The notes beneath the pieces were generated by a model. The model worked only from the letters and a program-made list of their open reading frames with translations, was not told the origin of the DNA and ran no database searches. From an uncultured delta proteobacterium (lineage in GTDB: Bacteria > Desulfobacterota > Desulfobacteria > Desulfobacterales > JAHEIW01), in the NCBI GenBank assembly GCA_963706575.1, contig CAVPNL010000009.1:24083-88082 (forward strand): a DNA stretch of 64,000 nt. Direction: 5' to 3'. A program made the translations under genes and the position numbers. Shown piece by piece: positions 17,921-26,805 of this stretch (positions are counted from its first letter, which is position 1; every line of letters begins with the position of its first letter).

Positions 17921-19333
17921 ATGCATAACAATTCAATGCGGATCGAAAATAAAACAGGTATCACCCTTTTTACACTGCTCTTGCTTCTTTTTGTGCTGGT
18001 CTTTGCACCACCCGGCTGGGGCCTGAATAGCGAGCGCGAAAGCCCGGTGGTGCGGGCGGTGCGCAAGGTCAGCCCGGCTGTGGTAAATATAAGCTCCTCA
18101 TACGAGGTTCGCAAGCGTGCCAATCCCTTCTCCGGTTTCGGTATGGATCCGTTTTTCGAAGAGTTTTTCAAAGATTTCTTTGATCCCCGGTTCGAAAGCC
18201 GCCGCAAAAGCACCAGCCTGGGGTCCGGCGTGATCATCGACGGCAAAAGGGGCTTCATTCTGACCAACGCCCATGTCATCGAACGCTCCGGTAATATCAA
18301 AGTGGTGCTCGAGGATGAACGCGAATTTGAGGCCAAGATCGTGGGCGCCGATCCGGATTCCGACCTGGCCGTATTGCAAATCGATTCCACCACCCAGGTG
18401 CCGTCCATCGAAATGGGCAGCAGTGATGACCTGATGATCGGCGAAACCGTAATTGCCATCGGCAATCCCTTCGGCTTTTCACATACGGTGACCACCGGGG
18501 TCATCAGCGCCGTTGACCGCAGTATCCGCACCGACGAGCGGGTATTCCTTGACTTTATCCAGATCGATGCCTCTATCAACCCCGGCAACAGCGGCGGTCC
18601 GTTGTTAAATATCAACGGCGATCTAATCGGCATCAATACCGCCATTTACGCCAAGGCCCAGGGTATTGGTTTTGCCATTCCGATCAACAAGGCCAAAAAA
18701 ATCATCTCCGATCTGATTCAATTCGGCCAAGTAATCCAGACCTGGATCGGCATCAGCGTGCAAAACCTGGATAAAAAGCTGGCCGGCTACCTGAAGGTTC
18801 CCGGCAAAAAAGGCGTGATGGTTAAAGCCCTCGAGCCCGACAGCCCGGCAAGCAACGCCGGTCTGAAAGAAGGCGATATCATTCTGGCGATCGGAAACAA
18901 AAATATCGCATCGGTGCAGGATTACTGGTCGGTGAAAAAAACCTATGCGGCCGGAGACACCCTCAAAACGAAAATATGGCGCAACGGCAAAACCGAAACC
19001 GCACACATTAAATCCCGGGTGTTTCCCATGGAGATGGCCGATGACCTGGCCCTGCGGTTGATGGGAATTCGGGTCGAAGATTTAACCCCGAAAAACCGCG
19101 CAGATTACCGCATTTCGGTGCGCCAGGGTGTAGTCATCTCTGAAATCGACGGCCGCAGCGATCTGGCCAGAGTCGGCGCCCGGCCCGGTGATGTCATCCG
19201 GCAGATCGATGACGCCGCCATTGTAAACAAAGATGACTTTAAAAAGGCGATTGTCAAATACCGCCAGCGGAGATCGGTGGTGATCCTGCTGCAGAGGGGG
19301 GATCAGGGGTATTATATCACATTGAAATTGTAA
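17921..19333 (+). CDS. HtrA/DegP/DegQ-family periplasmic serine protease with two PDZ domains
   Basis: Signal/TM segment, catalytic contexts TNAHVI, DLAVLQI and GNSGGPLL, followed by two PDZ-like regions. AAGGAGAG lies upstream of the ATG. Confidence 0.88.
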   Translation: MHNNSMRIENKTGITLFTLLLLLFVLVFAPPGWGLNSERESPVVRAVRKVSPAVVNISSSYEVRKRANPFSGFGMDPFFEEFFKDFFDPRFESRRKSTSLGSGVIIDGKRGFILTNAHVIERSGNIKVVLEDEREFEAKIVGADPDSDLAVLQIDSTTQVPSIEMGSSDDLMIGETVIAIGNPFGFSHTVTTGVISAVDRSIRTDERVFLDFIQIDASINPGNSGGPLLNINGDLIGINTAIYAKAQGIGFAIPINKAKKIISDLIQFGQVIQTWIGISVQNLDKKLAGYLKVPGKKGVMVKALEPDSPASNAGLKEGDIILAIGNKNIASVQDYWSVKKTYAAGDTLKTKIWRNGKTETAHIKSRVFPMEMADDLALRLMGIRVEDLTPKNRADYRISVRQGVVISEIDGRSDLARVGARPGDVIRQIDDAAIVNKDDFKKAIVKYRQRRSVVILLQRGDQGYYITLKL

Positions 19334-19484
19334 CCATTCATATCAAATTTAGCTAAAGTCCTTTTAGCAAAATACCGATAAGATAATTGAATCAGAATAT
19401 TTTTGCGATATTCGATTTTTTAGTTCTGTTTTTTGAAAATTTGCGGGTTTATTTTCGAAAGAAACAAGACCCGTAATTAAAATC

Positions 19485-19570
19485 GCTCTAGATAATGCCA
19501 AACCCCGAGTAATCGGGGGACGGAAAGCCACGGGTCCGCCGGAGGTGGATGGCCGGGTTGCCTGAGGAGG
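19485..19570 (+). promoter_or_regulatory. c-di-GMP-I (GEMM-I) riboswitch aptamer
   Basis: UGCCAAACC-CCGA-GUAA-UCGGG-GGACGGAAAGCC-ACGGGUC...GGCCGGGUUGCC matches the GEMM-I signature: GGCAAACC, a stem capped by a GNRA tetraloop, GGGACGCAAAGCC, a second stem, and GGGUUACC. Confidence 0.72.
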
Positions 19571-19573
19571 CTT

Positions 19574-19613
19574 AAAAGCTGGGCAGCCCGTGAGTTGGTT
19601 GCTCGGCTTTTTT
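19574..19613 (+). terminator. Intrinsic terminator / riboswitch expression platform
   Basis: aaaagctgggca pairs with tgctcggctttt (including two G-U pairs) around a 14-nt loop, followed by a T-run. It ends 32 nt before the ATG at 19645. Confidence 0.6.
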
Positions 19614-19644
19614 GCTTGGGCCACCGGTTTCAAAAGGAGGAAAA

Positions 19645-21525
19645 ATGCAACTGTTCGGGGGAATCAATCCATACGAGAGTAACCTCTTTGGCTTCGGTTA
19701 CATCGATACCATTCAAAAACAGCGTGACGTCACAGGCTCGTTCAAGGGGCTTCCGGTTTCAAATCAGCGAGATCAGATGGACGACACCACACGCAATGTG
19801 CTGCGGATGCGCAAAGCCATGGAGGCGGTCCGGCAATTGATGCCGGCTTCAGAATCTGCCCAAATTGAAGTCGAGGTAGCTGCCAGCGCCACCTCGGCCA
19901 CCAGTCTTGACTTAAGCTCAAGCGGCACCGCAACGCCCACAACCCTGGAATCGACCGAAGAGGTCAATGCCTCGACGACTGCCTATTCGACGGACCCGCC
20001 CGAATGGACCGGTGCTTCGACCGCTCAGCCCACGATCAGCGGCGAATATGATGGCTCAAGCGGCACCGACACGCTCACTTTTGAAGTTAAAAAGGGGGGT
20101 ACCCTTGGTGGAAATCTGATTCTGATCAATGTTTACGATTCCAGCAACAATCAAATTGATAGTCTCAGTTTCAAAAAAGCAGACGGTGTCGATACGCCAT
20201 TCACCCTGTCCAACGGTTTGACGGTAACCTTCGGCGATGGGGATTTTGTGAAAAATGACAGCTTCACCCTGGAGGTTTATGACAACGTGGACAATGCGGT
20301 GAATCCGGACAATTCCTTCAACGGGACGGGCGCCGATGATCCGAATCTTCAATCGGGTCTCGATGTAACCAGTGGATCCTTTGAAATCAATGGGACCACC
20401 ATCGATGTCGCGGCGGATGATACGATTAACAGCGTGCTCGATAAAATCAATGATTCAGATGCCGGCGTGACAGCCAGCTACGACGCCGCTACCGAAACGG
20501 TATTGCTGACCCAGGACACCGCCGGCTCAACTCCGGATATTGTGCTGGCAAACGACACCTCCGGATTTGTCGCCGCCGTAAAACTGGATAGCGCGGTGGC
20601 CGTCCCCGGAGAAGATGGGACGGTAACCGAAGATCCTGCAACGCCTCTGGCGGAGGTGGATACCTTCTCCGCGGTGCAAAGCGGCAGCATCAGCGTCAAT
20701 GGCGTTTCTATCGACATCAACGTCGATACGGATTCATTAAACGACATCCTTGATAGTATTAGCGCCTCAGCGGCAGATGTCACCGCAAGCTACGACAGCA
20801 ACACCAAGCGGGTCACGCTGAGTGCTAACGACGCTGAAAGTCAACTCATTCTTGACAGCGGCACAACGAATTTTTTCCCGGCCGTGGAAATCACCGACGG
20901 TACCACTGAGCCGGTTAACGAAACCATAGAAGTACAGTCAGGCGGTGTGGATGCTGTAAAATCGTCCGATCTTACGTCTGAATATGCTGAAATCTACACC
21001 ACCGAACTGGACGCTACACTTGGTAAGGACCGGGAAGTCGCGGAAACACCCGTTACACCCTCGGACGCTAAAATGCTGGGCGAGCTGGTCAATATCATTG
21101 CCGATTCCATGAATGCATTGTTCAATGGTTCAGCAATCAGCTCGTCGCAAAGCACCGGAACCGAAGCGTTTCAACTTCAAGATGACGTTCGCAGTGCCGT
21201 CGCGTCATGGTTTGATTCCCAAGGATCTCAATTCAACACCAACTTGGGTATTGATTCCGATTCCGAAGAGTCTGAATTCAACACCGACTTTGGCATTGGT
21301 TTTGATTTTGAAAAGACAGATGGAAAGGTATTCAATTTCTCCCAGGCTAACCGAAGTCGATTTGAGGATGCTCTGGCATCCCCGCAGAGCGCGGCCGCGG
21401 TCCAAAAAGCGCTTTTTGGAATCGAATCCGGCGGGCTGTTCAACCAGCTGCACTCCGCCTTGACGGAAGCCGGCACCGATTTTGAAGTGGATCCGAGCGG
21501 CCTGTTTCTGGATGTAATGATATAG
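19645..21525 (+). CDS. Highly acidic Ser/Thr/Asp-rich protein with two FliD/flagellin 'IN'-motif repeats; no signal peptide
   Basis: The ATG at 19645 is preceded by AAAGGAGG. Repeats are SGSFEINGTTIDVAADDTINSVLDKINDSDAGVTASYDAATETVLLT...DTSGFVAAVKL and SGSISVNGVSIDINVDTDSLNDILDSISASAADVTASYDSNTKRVTLS...GTTNFFPAVEI. Confidence 0.7.
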   Translation: MQLFGGINPYESNLFGFGYIDTIQKQRDVTGSFKGLPVSNQRDQMDDTTRNVLRMRKAMEAVRQLMPASESAQIEVEVAASATSATSLDLSSSGTATPTTLESTEEVNASTTAYSTDPPEWTGASTAQPTISGEYDGSSGTDTLTFEVKKGGTLGGNLILINVYDSSNNQIDSLSFKKADGVDTPFTLSNGLTVTFGDGDFVKNDSFTLEVYDNVDNAVNPDNSFNGTGADDPNLQSGLDVTSGSFEINGTTIDVAADDTINSVLDKINDSDAGVTASYDAATETVLLTQDTAGSTPDIVLANDTSGFVAAVKLDSAVAVPGEDGTVTEDPATPLAEVDTFSAVQSGSISVNGVSIDINVDTDSLNDILDSISASAADVTASYDSNTKRVTLSANDAESQLILDSGTTNFFPAVEITDGTTEPVNETIEVQSGGVDAVKSSDLTSEYAEIYTTELDATLGKDREVAETPVTPSDAKMLGELVNIIADSMNALFNGSAISSSQSTGTEAFQLQDDVRSAVASWFDSQGSQFNTNLGIDSDSEESEFNTDFGIGFDFEKTDGKVFNFSQANRSRFEDALASPQSAAAVQKALFGIESGGLFNQLHSALTEAGTDFEVDPSGLFLDVMI

Positions 21526-21533
21526 TTAGCTAA

Positions 21534-21658
21534 GGTTTCAGTGTTCAGGTGTCAGCAGTTAAATTCAGGAATTTAGGAATTGAAGGTATTCTGTCATTCT
21601 AATTCCTAAATCCCTCAATTCCTCAATCATCGAATCCTGACACCCGAAACCTGAAACC
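21534..21658. repeat. Nested stutter palindrome (GTTCAGG outer words, AATTCCT inner words)
   Basis: Outer arms ggtttcagtgttcaggtgtcag / ctgacacccgaaacctgaaacc; inner arms aattcaggaatttaggaattgaagg / aattcctaaatccctcaattcctc; centre tattctgtcattc. Confidence 0.7.
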
Positions 21659-21837
21659 TATTTCCCCTATATGATAATCAACACTGCGCCTGCCACCATC
21701 AGCGAGGTGCGGACTGTTTTAGTCTTGACATCATAACCCAGCCTATATATTAAAAATCGATGTCATTTTGTCTGACTATCAAGCGCTGGGCCAAAATTTT
21801 CAGGCGTCACCAAGATCAACCGATGCAAGGCTCCATC

Positions 21838-22092
21838 CAGAAGTGGTTTCAAAACCCCATCTAAGGCCCAATGGCTGCGTTGCCCCGCTAAGCGGGATTC
21901 GCATCTGATTTTTTAAATTAAGGTGCAGCACAGGCCTCCGATAAATGCTCACATACCCATATGTCTGCTGAGAACAACGACTTTCTCGATCGGCCTGCGC
22001 CTTGATGCATACCTTAATTTATTAAGATCAGATATGTAATCCCGCTTAGCGGGGCCCTTGAACCTGACCTGCGCTTTTGAAACCACTTCTAA
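21838..22092. repeat. 255-bp imperfect palindrome with 16-bp perfect termini (MITE-like element or structured RNA)
   Basis: agaagtggtttcaaaa (left end) faces ttttgaaaccacttct (right end). Internal matching blocks are gccccgctaagcgggatt / aatcccgcttagcggggc and atctgat...taaattaaggt / accttaattta...atcagat. Confidence 0.6.
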
Positions 22093-22260
22093 GCAATCTC
22101 TAAATATTAGTTTAAATTAGGTCTCGTTTTTAACCAGCCTCATGATCATGGCCCCGATCGACCCGGAATAAAGGCGTTATTCAGAAAACGCAGAACTAAT
22201 CAAAACGAGTTCAGGCAAACGCTTAGCAAAGCGAAAAAAATTGAAAAGGAGAAATTTCCA

Positions 22261-23220
22261 ATGCGAAAAAACAAATTAATGATCTTATGTTTGCTTTTGT
22301 TAACGGTTGTGTTTGGTCTAAATTTGGCCTGGGGTGACGATTATCCCAGCAAACCGATCAATTTTTTGATCCCCTTTGGTGCCGGTGGATCTGCTGATTT
22401 AATGGGAAGGGCTTTGGCCAATGGATCCGAAACACATCTCGGACAGCCGATTGTCCCGATCAATAAACCGGGTGCGGGCGGCGGCATTATGTATACCGCG
22501 CTAAAGGGTGCCAAGCCAGACGGATACACGGTCGGTTGGAATTCTACCTCTATCCTGACATCGACCAACATCGGCAATGTTCCATTTAAATACGATGCCT
22601 TTGATCATGTGTGCCGAATTGGGTTTACCGCCATGCCGATTGCCGTTCGTAAAGATGCGCCCTGGAAAAATTTGAAGGAATTTGTGGATTATGCCAAAAA
22701 AAATCCGGGTAAAATAAAGATCGGAAACGCCGGAACGGGCAGCGGCACCCATCTTACGGCCGTTCTATTAGAAAAAGCGGCGGACATCAAGGTCGTACAT
22801 GTCCCTCTGGGGGCAAAACGTCGGATTCCGAGTCTGCTTGGTGGGGAGGTTGAAGCCATCTGCGTACCCTTGCCCGAAGTTGCCCCGCAGGTCGCAGGCG
22901 GACAGGCCCGGCTGCTGATTATGACCACCGAAAAAAGAGATCCGATGTTTGCCGATATTCCCACCTTAAAAGAAATGGGATATCCGGTAGTCATGGAGCT
23001 TTTCCGGGGCATCAGTATGCCGCAGGGGACACCGGATCCGATCGTAAAAAAGCTTGCCGATGCCTTTAAAAAAGGCGCTGATGACGCCGATTTTAAAAAA
23101 ATCGCCAAACAAAAAGGGTTTAATATCAGTTTCATGGGAAACACAGATTTTGAAGCATACTTAAAAGTGCAAAATGCATATATGGCCGAGGGTATGAAAC
23201 TGGGTGGTTTGGTTAAATAA
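22261..23220 (+). CDS. tctC: Tripartite tricarboxylate transporter substrate-binding protein (TctC/Bug family)
   Basis: Signal peptide followed by DYPSKPINFLIPFGAGGSADLMGRALA, typical of the Bug/TctC family. tctB and tctA follow. Confidence 0.85.
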   Translation: MRKNKLMILCLLLLTVVFGLNLAWGDDYPSKPINFLIPFGAGGSADLMGRALANGSETHLGQPIVPINKPGAGGGIMYTALKGAKPDGYTVGWNSTSILTSTNIGNVPFKYDAFDHVCRIGFTAMPIAVRKDAPWKNLKEFVDYAKKNPGKIKIGNAGTGSGTHLTAVLLEKAADIKVVHVPLGAKRRIPSLLGGEVEAICVPLPEVAPQVAGGQARLLIMTTEKRDPMFADIPTLKEMGYPVVMELFRGISMPQGTPDPIVKKLADAFKKGADDADFKKIAKQKGFNISFMGNTDFEAYLKVQNAYMAEGMKLGGLVK

Positions 23221-23277
23221 TGAGAGAATGGGGGCTGCTCAAATTACTGAAAAGCCCCCATATTTTTTAGGTCTTCA

Positions 23278-23733
23278 ATGAAGAAGGTTAATGTTATATT
23301 AGCTGCACTATTGATTGGTCTAGGAATCTTCTACGCCTATTTAACGGCTCATCTTCCCGATCGAAACCTTCCCAACACCCTCGGCAGTGATTTTATGCCG
23401 TGGGTTCTAGTGGGCTGTCTCTTCTTCCTCTCGTTGCTACTTCTTATCAAGACCGTCTTTGGGAGCTCCCCGGAGCAGTTCGATTTCAGTATTTCACCAA
23501 AAGAAGGCTTTGGGGTGATCGTTCTCACCGTTTGTGTTTTTGCCTATGTAAAATTAATGATTCTGATCGGCTTTGTTTTGGCGACACCTATTTTCCTGGC
23601 CCTATTGATGCTGATCACCGGCTCAAGGAAGTGGAAAGAGATCGTCCTTGTTTCCATCTTCGCCACTTTCAGCATTTACCTTTTATTCCAGAAAATTTTT
23701 CAGGTTATTCTTCCCCGCGGAGAATTATTTTAA
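23278..23733 (+). CDS. tctB: Tripartite tricarboxylate transporter small membrane subunit TctB
   Basis: 151-aa protein with four TM helices, located between tctC and tctA. Confidence 0.75.
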   Translation: MKKVNVILAALLIGLGIFYAYLTAHLPDRNLPNTLGSDFMPWVLVGCLFFLSLLLLIKTVFGSSPEQFDFSISPKEGFGVIVLTVCVFAYVKLMILIGFVLATPIFLALLMLITGSRKWKEIVLVSIFATFSIYLLFQKIFQVILPRGELF

Positions 23734-23744
23734 CAGGTTAGTTC

Positions 23745-25226
23745 ATGAATGGACCTATTTTTGCGGCGTTGGCTGATGTTTTGCAGATTCACAATATCCT
23801 GGCCTCGATGGCCGGTGTTATTTTCGGCCTGTTTATTGGTTCAACCCCCGGACTCACGATTTCACTGGGCATGGTTCTGCTTTTGCCGATCACCTTTAAG
23901 CTTTCCGCCGTGACCGCCGTTTGTTTGCTACTCGGGCTTTACGCCGCAGGCATGACCGGCGGGTCTTTATCCGCCATTCTATTGAACATTCCCGGAACAC
24001 CTTCAGCTTCGGCAACGGCAATCGATGGCTATGAAATGACCAAAAAGGGCCGGGCGGGCGAGGCGCTGGGCGTTGCCGTAAGTTCATCGTTTTTTGGCGG
24101 CATGTTCGGCTTGACCTGCCTGGTGCTGGCCGCGCCTGTGATTGCAAAAGCTGCCTTAAAATTCGGAGCCCCTGAACTTTTTGCCCTTGTGCTATTGGGG
24201 CTGACGCTGATCTGCAGCTTCGGCCAGCATTCCCCGATTAAGGCCCTGATCTCCGGAACCGTGGGGCTGATGATAATGACTGTCGGCCTGGATCCGATGA
24301 TGGGCAGCCCGCGCTTCACATTTGGCATGGTGGAATTACAGGCCGGCATTTCCTTTTTACCGGCCATGATCGGCCTGTTTGCAATTCCCCAGATTTTAGT
24401 TGGAATCGCCGGCAAAACGCGGGTGATTCCAAAATATCGCGAAAAGATTTCCGGTGTATTGCCGAAAATCAAAGATCTTTATAAATTGAAAAAAAGCATG
24501 CTGCTGGGATCCTTATTTGGAACCGGAATTGGTGCGATTCCGGGCGCCGGCGGTCCGATTGCAGTATTTCTCAGCTATGATTATGCCCGAAGATTTTCCA
24601 AAAATTCAGAAAAATTTGGCACCGGCGAGCCGGCCGGGATCGCCGCACCGGAGTCATCAAATAACGCCGTTGCCGGCGGCGCACTCATTCCGATGCTGAC
24701 TTTGGGTATTCCCGGCGATCCCATAACGGCGATTCTGCTGGGGGCGTTGATGATACAGGGATTGATTCCAGGTCCCCTTCTTTTTCAGCAATCCGCTCAA
24801 TTTGTCTACAGTGTTTTTTGGGCTTTCTTTGTGGCAAATATCATGAATTTGTGCCTGACATTCATGACCATCAAACTCTGGGTCAGAGTGCTCAAGGTGC
24901 CTCAACGCGTTTTGCTTCCGATAATTGTTATTCTGTGCATTGTCGGCACTTATGCCTTGAGAAACACGTTTTTTGATACCGCCATCATGTTCGCTTTCGG
25001 ATTGTTGGGTTACTTTATGAAAAAATACGGTTTTCCGGTGGTTCCGATGCTTTTGGCGATTATTCTGGGACCCAACCTTGAGGAACACCTCAGAATGTCT
25101 CTGATCATTTCACAGGGAGATTACATGATTTTTTTTAAACACCCCATCAGCCTTGTCTTTATTGTTGCGGCCATTGCATCTTTTGTCCTACCCCTGCTGC
25201 GTTCGAAAAAAAGCACGGCTCACTAG
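23745..25226 (+). CDS. tctA: Tripartite tricarboxylate transporter large permease TctA
   Basis: 493-aa polytopic protein with family-typical segments (LNIPGTPSASATAIDGY, IPGAGGPIAVFLSYD). Confidence 0.88.
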   Translation: MNGPIFAALADVLQIHNILASMAGVIFGLFIGSTPGLTISLGMVLLLPITFKLSAVTAVCLLLGLYAAGMTGGSLSAILLNIPGTPSASATAIDGYEMTKKGRAGEALGVAVSSSFFGGMFGLTCLVLAAPVIAKAALKFGAPELFALVLLGLTLICSFGQHSPIKALISGTVGLMIMTVGLDPMMGSPRFTFGMVELQAGISFLPAMIGLFAIPQILVGIAGKTRVIPKYREKISGVLPKIKDLYKLKKSMLLGSLFGTGIGAIPGAGGPIAVFLSYDYARRFSKNSEKFGTGEPAGIAAPESSNNAVAGGALIPMLTLGIPGDPITAILLGALMIQGLIPGPLLFQQSAQFVYSVFWAFFVANIMNLCLTFMTIKLWVRVLKVPQRVLLPIIVILCIVGTYALRNTFFDTAIMFAFGLLGYFMKKYGFPVVPMLLAIILGPNLEEHLRMSLIISQGDYMIFFKHPISLVFIVAAIASFVLPLLRSKKSTAH

Positions 25227-25387
25227 TGTTGTGTCCCAGAAATATTGTCTAAAATATTATTAGGTTCTGAGGCGTGGTATCCATCTGTCATTCCCGCGCA
25301 GGCGGGAATCCAGGCGTCTTTGAACTGGACTCCCGCCTGCGCGGGAGTGACAATCATTTTGTAACTTATTTGTAGGACACAATACTA
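25224..25387. repeat. IR-bounded element containing a REP-like pair GTCATTCCCGCGCAGGCGGGAATCC / CTCCCGCCTGCGCGGGAGTGAC
   Basis: Outer inverted repeat tagtgttgtgtcc (25224-25236) / ggacacaatacta (25375-25387), matching at 12 of 13 positions. Inner self-complementary GC-rich units lie at 25287-25311 and 25330-25352. The left end overlaps the tctA stop codon. Confidence 0.6.
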
Positions 25388-25473
25388 AGCAGGCCCGGGT
25401 GATCGGAAAAGTATCTTATTCACATGGGATTTTTAACTTGTTCTGGCTTGCTATCCTATTCAAGCCTTCTGAT

Positions 25474-26541
25474 TCATGGATGCACCACAACTTTTAAGGC
25501 CCCGCCTTTGCGCTCCACATATGTCTGGAAAGCCTCATTGATTTGTTCCAGGGGAAACGTATGCGTAATGAGATCTTTGCCAACCATTTTGCCTTGAGCC
25601 ATTAAGGAAAGTGCGCGATGGACATTCAGGCGTCCTTCGCCTCGAATGGTATATAGGTTGATGCCATTGCGAACCGCCGTGCTGATATCGGCGGTGATCG
25701 GCTTTTTATAAAAAGCCAGGATTGAAATTTTTCCCCCTTTGCGGGTCATCTCAATCGCTTGCTGCAGGGAATTCTCTCCGCCGGCGGCCTCCAAAACCAG
25801 ATCCGCTCCTAATCCATCGGTGAGCTCCAAGACCTTGTCGACGGGATTTTCTCTGTTGGCATTGACAATATGATCGGCACCAAGCTTCTGGCCTAATTCA
25901 AGTCTCTCATCGCGAGTCCCCGTCAATATGACCCTGGCCGCCCCGAGAGCCTTGCAGGCCTGGACGCACATAAGTCCGATCGGTCCGGGGCCGAGCACCG
26001 CCACCGTATCTCCAACGATGTAGCCACCGGCCTGATCAATTCCATAAATGCTTGATCCTGCGGTTGTAATAATGATTGATTCGTCAAAGGAAATGTTGTC
26101 GGGAAGCTTGGCGAGGGTGTTGACGTGGTTGACAGCATATTCGGCAAATCCGCCATTGGCGGTAAAGCCATTTGCCCGATGCCCTTTTTTAAGATTGCCG
26201 TAATTAAGACAGGCCGTATATTCTCCCACCAGGCAGTTCTTGCAGCGCATGCACCCTTTGTGAATCTCGACTGCAATGCGATCACCGATCTTAAATTCAT
26301 CGACCGTGTCGCCAACGGCGGCAACGGTTCCGGCGTACTCATGGCCGATAATGAACTCACCAAAGGGGGGTTGATGCGGCATACCGTGAGTAATAATCTT
26401 AACATCGGTTCCGCAGATTCCGCAGGCCTCAACCCGAATCAAGGCCTCATCGTGCCCGGGAACAGGAACCTCGCACTCAACAACCTGAATGTCATTAAAT
26501 CCAAACAGCACCGCCGCCTTCATTTTTTTGGGAATCTGCAT
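25474..26541 (-). CDS. Zinc-dependent alcohol/polyol dehydrogenase (MDR family), paralogue A
   Basis: GHEYAG catalytic zinc motif, structural zinc cluster CMRCKNCLVGEYTAC, and Rossmann VLGPGPIG. 355 aa. Confidence 0.85.
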   Translation of the reverse strand: MQIPKKMKAAVLFGFNDIQVVECEVPVPGHDEALIRVEACGICGTDVKIITHGMPHQPPFGEFIIGHEYAGTVAAVGDTVDEFKIGDRIAVEIHKGCMRCKNCLVGEYTACLNYGNLKKGHRANGFTANGGFAEYAVNHVNTLAKLPDNISFDESIIITTAGSSIYGIDQAGGYIVGDTVAVLGPGPIGLMCVQACKALGAARVILTGTRDERLELGQKLGADHIVNANRENPVDKVLELTDGLGADLVLEAAGGENSLQQAIEMTRKGGKISILAFYKKPITADISTAVRNGINLYTIRGEGRLNVHRALSLMAQGKMVGKDLITHTFPLEQINEAFQTYVERKGGALKVVVHP

Positions 26542-26805
26542 AATCTATAGCCTCCAGAGCGAATTAAAACCCATCCAAAAATGATATAGTCTCACCGGAT
26601 GGAAACGAATTAGTTAAATGATTTCAAATTCTTGCTTTGTTTTTTGCCGTCAGCCCAACATCAATCTAAATGCTAATAATTCGTCTGGCTTGTCAAGCCA
26701 AAATTTTCAGTCCGGAATCGAATTTTTCAGGTTTTGATTGATTTTTTTGCCGGTTTCCTTGAAAAAAGAAATAACCAGCGTTTAATATTGTTCAGGAGGC
26801 TTAAA

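Noticed and set aside
17884-18645. A 253-aa minus-strand ORF overlapping htrA
   Set aside because: It is antisense to a gene with an unambiguous Ser-protease triad and PDZ domains. The product is Ser/Arg/Pro-rich, which is typical of shadow frames.
19364-19633. An 89-aa minus-strand ORF
   Set aside because: It covers the GEMM-I aptamer and terminator on the opposite strand. It has no RBS and no recognisable protein features.
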